From Candidatus Bathyarchaeota archaeon (GTDB lineage Archaea > Thermoproteota > Bathyarchaeia > Bathyarchaeales > Bathycorpusculaceae), in the NCBI GenBank assembly GCA_963827165.1, contig CAWGZR010000004.1, positions 192,001 through 256,000 on the forward strand: 64,000 nucleotides of DNA. The letters run 5' to 3'. Below are positions 52,219 to 60,880 of the stretch, in pieces (the stretch's first letter is position 1; each line of letters starts with the position of its first letter). The notes under the pieces are model-generated. The model was not told the origin of the DNA, ran no database searches, and saw nothing but the letters and a program-made list of their open reading frames with translations. Both the position numbers and the translations under genes were made by a program.

Positions 52219-52617
52219 TCAGTTAACAAATTCAACGCCTTCCAAGTCTTTGAACCATTTATCCCCTGTTAGAAATTTTATGTTAGACTTTTTTGCAAGA
52301 TAATATCCCATAGCATCGGCATAAGATATGTCATGACCAATTTTCTTTAGTTTTAACCGCAGTTTCATGGCGCCTTCAATATCCGCGATCCCAAAGTCCA
52401 TTGCATATTTAGCAAATGCTTTGACCACTTCGGAGGCAGCTTGTGCGCCATGAACTTCAAGAGTGCGGTAGTATATTTCCATTAAATTTAGCTTCGTTAG
52501 AATGCCGTCGTCTTCTTCGAAAAAAACCCTGTAGTTTGGGTTATCGCTCAGATAAGCTAGAACTGCGTAGCTGTCATAGAAGAACCGTTTAGATTTCTGC
52601 AAATCATGCCCAGCCAT
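52219..52617 (-). CDS. vapC: VapC PIN toxin
   Basis: FYDSYA, NLMEIY, SYADA, FLTGD. Confidence 0.88.
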   Translation of the reverse strand: MAGHDLQKSKRFFYDSYAVLAYLSDNPNYRVFFEEDDGILTKLNLMEIYYRTLEVHGAQAASEVVKAFAKYAMDFGIADIEGAMKLRLKLKKIGHDISYADAMGYYLAKKSNIKFLTGDKWFKDLEGVEFVN

Positions 52618-52834
52618 GTTTCATTTCGTCTTTCTCATGCTGCAAATCCTTGAAAGGATATTTGCCTCTAAGACAACTAACGTCAGATGCTTTTCTCACC
52701 GTTACTTCCACTTCTTCGCCTTCTTTGAGCCCTTCTTTGTCCACCAGCGATTTCGGCAGCACTATGCCTAACGAATTTCCCCAACACTTAATTTTTGTCT
52801 TCACTATCATAATTAGACATGTATAACTACGCAA
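52604..52834 (-). CDS. AbrB/MazE-type VapB antitoxin
   Basis: KCWGNSLGIVLPK; overlaps the vapC start. Confidence 0.85.
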   Translation of the reverse strand: MRSYTCLIMIVKTKIKCWGNSLGIVLPKSLVDKEGLKEGEEVEVTVRKASDVSCLRGKYPFKDLQHEKDEMKHGWA

Positions 52835-52972
52835 ATTTAAGACTTTCCCAACTCTCCTTCAAATGGAGACAAGCGCTCTGGCTTGTCCCTAAATTAAACG
52901 CTCATTTTGTAAAAGGGATTTAGCGAGCATAAATTACACACATCTTAATATTTTCTAGCTGACTTATGGGGG

Positions 52973-53221
52973 TTGGTAGAAGTAAGAATGATTGGTTATT
53001 GGCAAGAAAGAATTGTAGTTGACCCAAAAGTCTTGGTTGGAAAACCAGTTATCAAAGGCACTCGGCTTTCGGTTGAGTTCATTTTGGGTCTTCTTGCTAA
53101 CGATTGGACGACCACGCAGATACTGGACGAATATCCCCAGTTGAAACGAGAAGACGTAATGGCCGTTTTGAAGTATGCCGCCGAGTTGGTCAAGGAAGAG
53201 AAGGTATATTCATTATCCTAA
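52973..53221 (+). CDS. DUF433 antitoxin-like protein
   Basis: DPKVLVGKPVIKGTRLSV...YPQL..EDV. Confidence 0.88.
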   Translation: MVEVRMIGYWQERIVVDPKVLVGKPVIKGTRLSVEFILGLLANDWTTTQILDEYPQLKREDVMAVLKYAAELVKEEKVYSLS

Positions 53222-53300
53222 AGTTCCTTGCGACGAAAACATCTCTGGCAAAATGGTCAGTTGCATGTGTAAGTAACCTGTATCGCCACAGTTTTGGGAA

Positions 53301-54086
53301 CTAGAGGTTTTCTGGTCCGAACGCTGGTTCATCGGCTACTGAAGCAACTATTTGTTGGGCGTACTCTTCCTGCTCTTCGTTGCCGCTGACCGCAAGCCAG
53401 CATGCTCCCTCAGCTCCACAGACCCCGCCTGAAGCAATCAACTCAACGCAGGCGCCAGTTAAAGCCGCCAACGCATCCAACTCGGTGAAAACCTCGCCTG
53501 GAACCGGCAGCAAACGGCTTCCACAAGCACCCGGCGCGTTAAGCTTCTGTGCAAGCACAAATAAATCGCCGTTCACCCGCTTCTCAAGGCCCACAGGGAT
53601 TATGAGTTTTACTCGGCGACCAACAACCGCGGGCAAAGCCAAACCAATCGTTCCCGCCTTTGGGTGACCAATCAAAACCGCCGCTTGCCTCCTCGTCAAG
53701 TCCAAAGCGTTTGCACCCTTCAAGATGACGTCGCCCTCCTTCAGAGAGTCTACAACATCCTCAATCGACTTCCCCTTCTGCCAAACCCCCTTAACAATCA
53801 CAACGTCTCCCGGAAACGCGCTCACATCAGATAACCGCCCTGTTCCAGTCACCGGTTTTTTTGATGGCAGCGTTATGCCGCGGAAAAAATGTTTCCTCGA
53901 AAAATCACATGCGATCTGATGCGTCTTTAGTATCTCTTCAGCAACATATCCATTAGTTGTTCCAGCAACAATGACAACTGTTCCGTTCTTGAGCGCCTTT
54001 TTTACTGCAGGGTGGTTTGCCAGGGTCTTGGCGATTAAACGTTTTCCCGCCGCGGGAGTAATTACAAACTGCTTCAAAGTCAGCAC
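53301..54086 (-). CDS. conserved hypothetical protein
   Basis: 261-aa enzyme-like ORF ([31 protein letters not shown]); family not recognised. Confidence 0.75.
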   Translation of the reverse strand: MLTLKQFVITPAAGKRLIAKTLANHPAVKKALKNGTVVIVAGTTNGYVAEEILKTHQIACDFSRKHFFRGITLPSKKPVTGTGRLSDVSAFPGDVVIVKGVWQKGKSIEDVVDSLKEGDVILKGANALDLTRRQAAVLIGHPKAGTIGLALPAVVGRRVKLIIPVGLEKRVNGDLFVLAQKLNAPGACGSRLLPVPGEVFTELDALAALTGACVELIASGGVCGAEGACWLAVSGNEEQEEYAQQIVASVADEPAFGPENL

Positions 54087-54177
54087 CTTACGGAGTGTTA
54101 TTTGAAAGGTGCATTATAACAATTTTGTAGAGCAGAAGAGGGACGAAAAAAGAGTTTAATGCTCCTGGGCTCCTGGG

Positions 54178-54276
54178 TCAGATTTTGCAAGACATTGGGC
54201 ATGCCTTGAAGCAGTTCACTTTGCACGGGCAACTGGCAACGCAGTTTTCGACTACTACTGAAATATCGTGCAGCAT
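54178..54276 (-). CDS. 32-aa six-cysteine peptide (below ORF-track cutoff)
   Basis: Own translation MLHDISVVVENCVASCPCKVNCFKACPMSCKI*. Confidence 0.4.
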   Translation of the reverse strand: MLHDISVVVENCVASCPCKVNCFKACPMSCKI

Positions 54277-54342
54277 AAAGGCAAAGATAAATTTAAAAGC
54301 TGAAACTTCTGAGAACCCCGTATTAATGAGAGAAATCTAAGC

Positions 54343-54780
54343 ATGAGCCAGAATAAACGATTTATCAGATTGACTGCGAGAATCAGAAATATTGCCCAAC
54401 CAATGAAAAAACGGCGAGGCAAAACATTGCTTTTAGTTGCAGTTATTTCCTTCATGGTGGTCCTTGCCGACCCCATAAGCACGTATCTCGCATTAGAAAT
54501 GCCTGGTTTTTATGAAAAAAACGCGATCTCCAGATGGTGGTTAGAACATTACGGAATGCCCGGACTGTTTTTAGCTAACTTGCTTCCTTTCTTATTCTTT
54601 ATCCTCTTCTTTTTATTTGGGTACGCCGTCCTCTCATACGCCATCAATAAAAACTTCCAAAAAAACAAAAACATCGCGGATTGGTTAGTTTTCTTGTTTT
54701 TCTTAGGTGTCTTTGTTGCTTTAATTGTTTTGAAGGCGGAAGTGGTTTACAACAATGTACGGTTGCTACTTGGGCATTGA
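54343..54780 (+). CDS. small multi-TM membrane protein (DUF5658-like)
   Basis: AD.ISTY.AL...YEKN motif and three hydrophobic helices. Confidence 0.65.
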   Translation: MSQNKRFIRLTARIRNIAQPMKKRRGKTLLLVAVISFMVVLADPISTYLALEMPGFYEKNAISRWWLEHYGMPGLFLANLLPFLFFILFFLFGYAVLSYAINKNFQKNKNIADWLVFLFFLGVFVALIVLKAEVVYNNVRLLLGH

Positions 54781-55036
54781 TGCCTAGTCCGCGGTGTTAA
54801 AAAAACGCAGAAATATTTGACGGAATTCTATGCTAACAAACGACTGGGAGAGGCGTGTGAGAATTCCTAAATATAGGCTTGTTTTAAGAAGATTTGGGAA
54901 GAGTACATAGATGGTAAATACGTTGAATCCTGAAAAGACTCATCAAGTTGGGGACTTTGAATTCTATCCAAAAAAGATTCCCAAGGGATTGTTACTTAAA
55001 AGGTACATATGATAATTTTATTAATGAAATCTCAAG

Positions 55037-56149
55037 CTAAAGGGTTTTCACTTTGCATATTTCGTATACAATCAAATGCGGATACTTCAAGTAAAACTTG
55101 TACAAATGCGGATTTTCTTTTTTCAATTCAACACTTGGATCCGGCTCGTAAATCCTACAAATAGCCAAGTGATTCTCGCAAAGAGCGCTTGTCATTTCAT
55201 CAAGAGTAAACCAATGATGCGGATTATCCTTAGCCTTATACTCTATCCTGTAATTAGGCAAACGACCATGAAAACGTCCTTCCTTTGAATGCGTTATTCC
55301 TTTGGCAAGTTGACCAAAAAACGGATGCGCCTCAATAATAAAAAATCGTCCCTGATCCGTCAGAATTCTGCTGATTTCGCTTAAGGCTTTGGAGAATTCC
55401 TGATGGTTATGTGTTTTTCTGCAATAGTCAAAACTCACAACTGTATCTATCGCCACAACATAGTCAAAGTGTTTGCAAGGCACGTTTTTTGCGAAATCAA
55501 GAAAATCCCCCTGAAAAAATTCTTCGTTATCGAGACATAGCCTTTGTTTGAGATCGTTTGCTTTTTCAATTAGAAATGCGCTTCTATCAACACCGGTCAC
55601 GTGTGCTCCCAGTTTAGCCAGAATCGTGGAATAATATCCTGGGCCACATCCAAAGTCGAAGATCCTCTTTCCAGCTATTTTTTCTTTGGTGAAAAATTGT
55701 GTTACAAAATTTTCTACGCAATATTTGTAGTAGGTTCGGCTTTCAGGTCGTATATCTGAAACGTCGTCATAAAATTTCTTTTTAAACCATTTTTCCATAA
55801 TTCCCTGCGAATCATCATCTTCCTTCAAAGCTTTGGGAATTGCTGCTTTCATTGCTTTGTTAACCGCTGAAACCACCATAGCTTCGACGTTTTGCATGGA
55901 TCCATTTGAAGCATCATTGCCAATGATTTTTTCGCCAAATTCTGAGTTTAGCCATTCTTTGTATTGGGGCAACGTTTTTTCTATGACTTCATGGATTGTT
56001 GACTGCAGTCTTGCATAATCTTCTGGATCCAATTTTTCGTAAAGCTGAACTTTTTCTGAAGGTGCATTGTGGTGTTGATTTTGCTTTTCGGTTATTGCAG
56101 GCCTTTTAGGGAGGGGTTTAGTGTTTGGTTTATTTTTTGGCAAAAACAA
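55037..56149 (-). CDS. class I SAM methyltransferase with N-terminal precursor-like domain
   Basis: FDFGCGPG, GVDRS, QGDF; residues 38-110 resemble the 57917-58342 product. Confidence 0.88.
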   Translation of the reverse strand: MFLPKNKPNTKPLPKRPAITEKQNQHHNAPSEKVQLYEKLDPEDYARLQSTIHEVIEKTLPQYKEWLNSEFGEKIIGNDASNGSMQNVEAMVVSAVNKAMKAAIPKALKEDDDSQGIMEKWFKKKFYDDVSDIRPESRTYYKYCVENFVTQFFTKEKIAGKRIFDFGCGPGYYSTILAKLGAHVTGVDRSAFLIEKANDLKQRLCLDNEEFFQGDFLDFAKNVPCKHFDYVVAIDTVVSFDYCRKTHNHQEFSKALSEISRILTDQGRFFIIEAHPFFGQLAKGITHSKEGRFHGRLPNYRIEYKAKDNPHHWFTLDEMTSALCENHLAICRIYEPDPSVELKKENPHLYKFYLKYPHLIVYEICKVKTL

Positions 56150-56208
56150 TCAACGCCCTAATATGATCTCTCAAGATAATATTTATGGGTTTAGTGACTC
56201 CAAATTTG

Positions 56209-57795
56209 TCAATAATATGGAACGATTATTTTTATAGGATAATTTCTTTTCGAGCTTGCCGTTTTTCCCATGCTTAATCGGTTCCACTCCGAACGGAGAT
56301 TTTCAAATCGGTTGCTATCGGGCAGAGGTGAATAAAAATAACTATAATTATTTCCGGTTTTTTCTTTGCTCAGCTCAATTCCATATTCTTGCGGGTTATT
56401 GGAAATTTCTGAATCAGGCAAAACCCCAAAACGTGAAATGCTGACTTGATCAATAAATTCTTGGTTTTGCTCCAAGAAACCAACGGATTGTTCGAAATCT
56501 CTCTGAGTTTCTCCTGGAAAATCTACTATCATGAATGTCAAAACGCGAATGCCATTTTTTGCGGTATCGCGGATCACGTTTTTAGCCGTTTCTATGTCGT
56601 ACCCTTTTTTCATTTTACGAAGAATTCTCTGCGACCCAGATTCTATGCCAAACCACAAGCCTATGCAACCCGCCTGCCGCATTTTCCCAAGCAACTTGTC
56701 ATTCATTTCAGAACGAACTCTAGCCATGCCCATCCACTTCATTTCGACGTCTTCTTCAATCAATAAATCACAGAGTTTCTCCAACGATTTGATATTGCAA
56801 TTAATCAAACTGTCATTGAAGCGAATAGTAGAAACCCCATATTTTTCTTTGACATATTTGAATTCCGAAACTACGTTTTCCGGTGACCGCATCCGATACG
56901 TATTACCCCATAAACGTTTTTCAACACAAAAAACACAATCACCAATACAACCTCTAGATCCGACAACCGGCATTATAGGCACCCCAAACTTATTCTGAGG
57001 ATACTCCCACAACGGCAAATCATCGTAATCCGGAAAAGGCAAATCGTCAAGAGATTTAATTAAAGGTCGATCCGCGTTAGAAATAATTTTGCCGTTCTCT
57101 CTGTAGGAAATTCCTGCGATTCCCCTTAATGATTCTAAACTTCCGTTATAGGAAATAGCTACTTCAGAGATTGTCGATTCGCCCTCCCCTCGAACTATTA
57201 AGTCAATTTCGGGGTGGATTGACAGAACTTCTTCCCATGAGGCGAATGCTGGACCGCCCAAAACAGTTAAAATTCTCGGTTGAATTTTCTTTAATTTGCG
57301 TGAGAGAAGTACACTCCAGAGCAAACCAGTGTGGGTTATTACATGAAATCCCACAATACTTTGACTTTTGGTATCGGCGGCAACCTCTAAAAACCAATCA
57401 TTACAAATTTTCCAAACATCTAACAATGTTGCCTGTTTTGATTCTTCGCTGATAATACCTTTGAACACCGAATTTGAATGGGGATAACCTAATTTATCAG
57501 AAGCCTCTCTTAGCATAATTTCTTCGAAAAGTTTTTGGCCATCTTGAATTGTTGAATAAATTTCTGCCTCGGGAACCTTTGTCCATTTCGCCTTTCCCTT
57601 GTTATCGCTTTCTCTTAAGATTTTTGCAGGGTTGATTTCGAGTCCTTGATGGAAAAGAGTCAAGTTAAAAGATTTAATGTTTAGATCAAAGGTGCTTACC
57701 TTTTGTTTGCTTGCCTTTAAGGTGCTTGTCAAGTATGGAATTGCAGGATAAGGAACCAAGGATGAAACTGGCGGGATGCAAAGAAAAACAGGCAA
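56209..57795 (-). CDS. cobalamin-dependent (class B) radical SAM enzyme
   Basis: VLGGP, IVRGEGE, LDDLPFPDY, SRGCIGDCVFC, RSPENVVSE, GIESGS. Confidence 0.9.
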   Translation of the reverse strand: MPVFLCIPPVSSLVPYPAIPYLTSTLKASKQKVSTFDLNIKSFNLTLFHQGLEINPAKILRESDNKGKAKWTKVPEAEIYSTIQDGQKLFEEIMLREASDKLGYPHSNSVFKGIISEESKQATLLDVWKICNDWFLEVAADTKSQSIVGFHVITHTGLLWSVLLSRKLKKIQPRILTVLGGPAFASWEEVLSIHPEIDLIVRGEGESTISEVAISYNGSLESLRGIAGISYRENGKIISNADRPLIKSLDDLPFPDYDDLPLWEYPQNKFGVPIMPVVGSRGCIGDCVFCVEKRLWGNTYRMRSPENVVSEFKYVKEKYGVSTIRFNDSLINCNIKSLEKLCDLLIEEDVEMKWMGMARVRSEMNDKLLGKMRQAGCIGLWFGIESGSQRILRKMKKGYDIETAKNVIRDTAKNGIRVLTFMIVDFPGETQRDFEQSVGFLEQNQEFIDQVSISRFGVLPDSEISNNPQEYGIELSKEKTGNNYSYFYSPLPDSNRFENLRSEWNRLSMGKTASSKRNYPIKIIVPYY

Positions 57796-57916
57796 AATTT
57801 AGATCATCGTTGACAGTTTATGGAAATTGGTGTTTATGGTTGATTCCATCTTTTGTGGCGTGAATTGACGAACTATTCTTCATTTGAGAGCGTTGGTTTC
57901 TGAACCGCACTGCTTC

Positions 57917-58342
57917 TTATTCGAATTGATCTTTCAAAGCTTGACGAATTGCGCCTATCATTGCCTCGTTAACAGCATTAACAACCATATCGTCCATTTT
58001 TCTATTTGGCGTAGGGCAATCGTTACCGCATGAACTGCACAAAGGTGTCGGACAGTCGTTTCCACATGAACTACAAAGCGGCGTCGGACAATCGTTGCCA
58101 CATGAACTGCACAAAGGTGTCGGGCAATCATCAGCCGCAATCAAAGAAGTAGCTACCCACTGCTGATATTCCGGTAGAGTTTTTGCAATGGTATCTCGAA
58201 TTGTTGACTGAAGTTTTGCATACATCTTAGGATCCAGTTTTTCAACAGGCGGCATTTTTGCTAAGAGTTTGTTTAACCGTATCTTTTGTGCTGGGGTCAG
58301 TTTTTTTGAGGAAGCGTTAGATGTAGATTTATTTTTTGACAA
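57917..58342 (-). CDS. putative RiPP precursor with tandem Cys-rich cores
   Basis: (DCPTPLCSSCGN)x3+DCPTP between an N-terminal leader and a helical follower; sits between two radical SAM genes. Confidence 0.82.
   Translation of the reverse strand: MSKNKSTSNASSKKLTPAQKIRLNKLLAKMPPVEKLDPKMYAKLQSTIRDTIAKTLPEYQQWVATSLIAADDCPTPLCSSCGNDCPTPLCSSCGNDCPTPLCSSCGNDCPTPNRKMDDMVVNAVNEAMIGAIRQALKDQFE
58007..58129 (-). repeat. 36-nt coding tandem repeat, 3.4 copies
   Basis: Copies are identical in amino acids and differ only at synonymous sites. Confidence 0.9.
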
Positions 58343-58377
58343 AAATATCCCTACAATGATGTATTGAGTCGTTTTAT

Positions 58378-59832
58378 TTAATGTTTGTTGTGAAGCAAAT
58401 CCTGAGCAGGATTATTTGGTAGAATTTTTTGAGTTCTGGTTTTTTGAGATTCCATCAGGAAATTGTATGAAATTAGGAGCTTTAGTATTTCATTTTGAAA
58501 AGTGCAGAAGTAGTCCTCTTTAATGCCAAGTTGCCCAGTCTTAACATAAATATCGTATGCGCATCCCCCGCCGCAAATTCCAACCGCAGCACACCTCATA
58601 CAGTCTTTATTCTTAAGCGTGCCCATTTCCAGCCACGTATAAAACAACGGTTCATCCTGAACCTTCAAATCATCTTTAATTGGAATCTGATACTTTCCCG
58701 ACGGATAAAACGCATGGCACGGCCCCACTGTCCCAGTTGGCGAAAAAAACAGCAGTTGACCAAACGCCGGGCAATCGTAAATATGGAATATTTCTTTGAA
58801 AAAATAATTGGCCCGCCGATTATCAATACGGTCTTCAAACATTTTTAGTTCTTTTGCTTTTAAGTAGGCTCCAAAAAGATGATGGGCAAGTTGTTTGGGG
58901 TCTGGAACCTCAAATTCACTTGGCTCTTTAAGCCGGGTCAACAAGTTAAAGCCTATGGTTCTGACGCCTAATTTCTGGATAAATTCTATTATTTCTTCTG
59001 CATGCATATAGTTCTGCTTCGTGATTGTACATGATATTCCCGTGTTTACACCCGCCTCTTTTAGAAGCGCCAACGCTTTGAGTGCTGCGTAAAAGGTTTC
59101 TTTTCCATCCGTGAAAACACGGTTTTTGTCAATGGCAGCCCACCCATCAAGCGACAACCCCACGGTAACATCATGCTGCTTAAGTTTCTTAGCCATAGCT
59201 TCAGTTATTAGGCTTCCATTTGTGACACAAGAAAAAAAGAATTTTCCCTTAGAAGCCGCCTCAAGCTTCTCAATAATATAAAACACAATTTCACTATTAC
59301 TAAACGGCTCACCCCCATAAAATGTGACCCTGTATTCAGGAACTTGCTTTGCCTCGTTAACTATAACATTTATGACTTTATCAGCCAAATCCTTAGACAT
59401 CACTGTACTTGGACCTTTGAGAGAGTTCTCTATAAAACAGTAACCGCACCTAAAATTGCAGAAATCGGTAACCAAAATGTAGGCAAGGTTGGTTTGTGGT
59501 TTTTTTCTAAGCAAGCTAGCCGCAACAGTTTCAAAAACTTTTTCCCCATTAAAGCCTTGAGGCACCAAAAATTTTAGTTCCATTAACTCCTTAACGTCCT
59601 TGCTATGCGCGCCCTTACTCAGATCTGCCAAAACCTTTTCGTATTTTTTGTTGGTTAAGTACACTTTCTTTAGAGTTAAAGAATTGAAAAGACACTTCGT
59701 CGATTCATCAACATTGAACAAGTGGACAAACGGCGAAAGAACCAATTGAGCAAGCTCTTCGCGGGGCATTTGCACAGAAGGCTGGTTCTTATTCACAATC
59801 GCATTAACCGCCTCAGATCGTTTCTTGCTCAT
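58378..59832 (-). CDS. radical SAM/SPASM peptide maturase with putative N-terminal RRE
   Basis: CNFRCGYC, FYGGEP, VTNGSLI, LSLDG; DCPAF..GPCH and CMRC..GICGGGC..C. Confidence 0.9.
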   Translation of the reverse strand: MSKKRSEAVNAIVNKNQPSVQMPREELAQLVLSPFVHLFNVDESTKCLFNSLTLKKVYLTNKKYEKVLADLSKGAHSKDVKELMELKFLVPQGFNGEKVFETVAASLLRKKPQTNLAYILVTDFCNFRCGYCFIENSLKGPSTVMSKDLADKVINVIVNEAKQVPEYRVTFYGGEPFSNSEIVFYIIEKLEAASKGKFFFSCVTNGSLITEAMAKKLKQHDVTVGLSLDGWAAIDKNRVFTDGKETFYAALKALALLKEAGVNTGISCTITKQNYMHAEEIIEFIQKLGVRTIGFNLLTRLKEPSEFEVPDPKQLAHHLFGAYLKAKELKMFEDRIDNRRANYFFKEIFHIYDCPAFGQLLFFSPTGTVGPCHAFYPSGKYQIPIKDDLKVQDEPLFYTWLEMGTLKNKDCMRCAAVGICGGGCAYDIYVKTGQLGIKEDYFCTFQNEILKLLISYNFLMESQKTRTQKILPNNPAQDLLHNKH

Positions 59833-59967
59833 TTACCCACCTAAAAAGAAAACCATCTCAATGTCCCTAAACTAACAAATTATTAAAATCTTTCCTAAAA
59901 ACTCCAACCTAATCTCGTGTATGTTCGAAAGCGCAAAGCAAAAAGCTGTTATACTGCAACAATTTAA

Positions 59968-60774
59968 TTGAATAGTAGGAGAGGCGCCTACTTGGCGATT
60001 ATTGTTGTTTCTGATTTGCATCTGGGATTTGATAGCTCCGACAAAGCAGCATTTATCCGTTTTCTAGGAAAACTTCAATCTGACCCCACTGTTACCGATC
60101 TGGTGTTTCTTGGCGACATCGTGGATATGTGGAGGCGGGATTCCTCAGGCGTTTTTCTTGAGAACCATGATGTTCTCGACCTAATCATCGAACTCCAAAA
60201 GAAGATGCACGTATATTACGTGGCAGGAAACCACGATTTCCATGTTCTCAAGTTGCAAGGCTTCGGATATCCCATCGACTTTAAAATGGAATTGACCCTT
60301 CAGCAAGACGGCGTGAATTACAGGTTTGTTCACGGCTGGGAATTTGACGATCTGCAGCATGAGCACTTCATGGAATCGCTCTGCCACTCAATGTCCGACA
60401 ATAAAGGCGAACGCGACAACAACATCTGGGCCGCACTTGGCCGCTACGAAAGTGACTTTTCCCGCTTTTTCTCGGTGATCGATAGGGGAAGAAAACGCCG
60501 AATCGCAGAGATGCTGCAGCTAGGTCCCGAGCAGAGGCTCATAGAAAGCCTGAAGGGTGTAGAAAAGAAGGCCCGCGCCACAGTTCAGCCTGGAGAAGTT
60601 CTTGTCTTCGGGCACACTCACAGACCCTTCGTGAATAAGGAGGAAAACCTCGCAAATACCGGATCATGGGTTAAAGCCGCGCCTGTCCACAACACCTATG
60701 TGCGGATAGAAGGCGGCAAACCCAAGCTATTCGTATTCGAAGGAGCCGAGATTACGGAAAGAGCCGACATCTAA
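59968..60774 (+). CDS. calcineurin-like metallophosphoesterase (LpxH-like)
   Basis: SDLHLG, GDIVD, GNHD, HG, GHTH, NTGSW. Confidence 0.88.
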   Translation: MNSRRGAYLAIIVVSDLHLGFDSSDKAAFIRFLGKLQSDPTVTDLVFLGDIVDMWRRDSSGVFLENHDVLDLIIELQKKMHVYYVAGNHDFHVLKLQGFGYPIDFKMELTLQQDGVNYRFVHGWEFDDLQHEHFMESLCHSMSDNKGERDNNIWAALGRYESDFSRFFSVIDRGRKRRIAEMLQLGPEQRLIESLKGVEKKARATVQPGEVLVFGHTHRPFVNKEENLANTGSWVKAAPVHNTYVRIEGGKPKLFVFEGAEITERADI

Positions 60775-60880
60775 CTATTTCCTGTTTGATTTTTGTTAGA
60801 GGTTCCAGAGTGCGTTTGCGCTGTGTTTGGCTTTCTCAATGATTGACTGCACGGTAGCTTGGCTTAAACCGGTTTTCCGC

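Noticed and set aside
54155-54200. tRNA-like 3' end or selenocysteine read-through at the TGA of the six-Cys peptide
   Set aside because: No cloverleaf can be built and the read-through frame gives no recognisable sequence
58007-58129. 36-nt repeat as a CRISPR array
   Set aside because: Units are contiguous with no spacers, vary only at synonymous positions, and no cas genes are present
57958-58140. Alternative-frame 60-aa ORF inside the precursor
   Set aside because: Its repeats are not conserved at the amino-acid level, unlike the main frame
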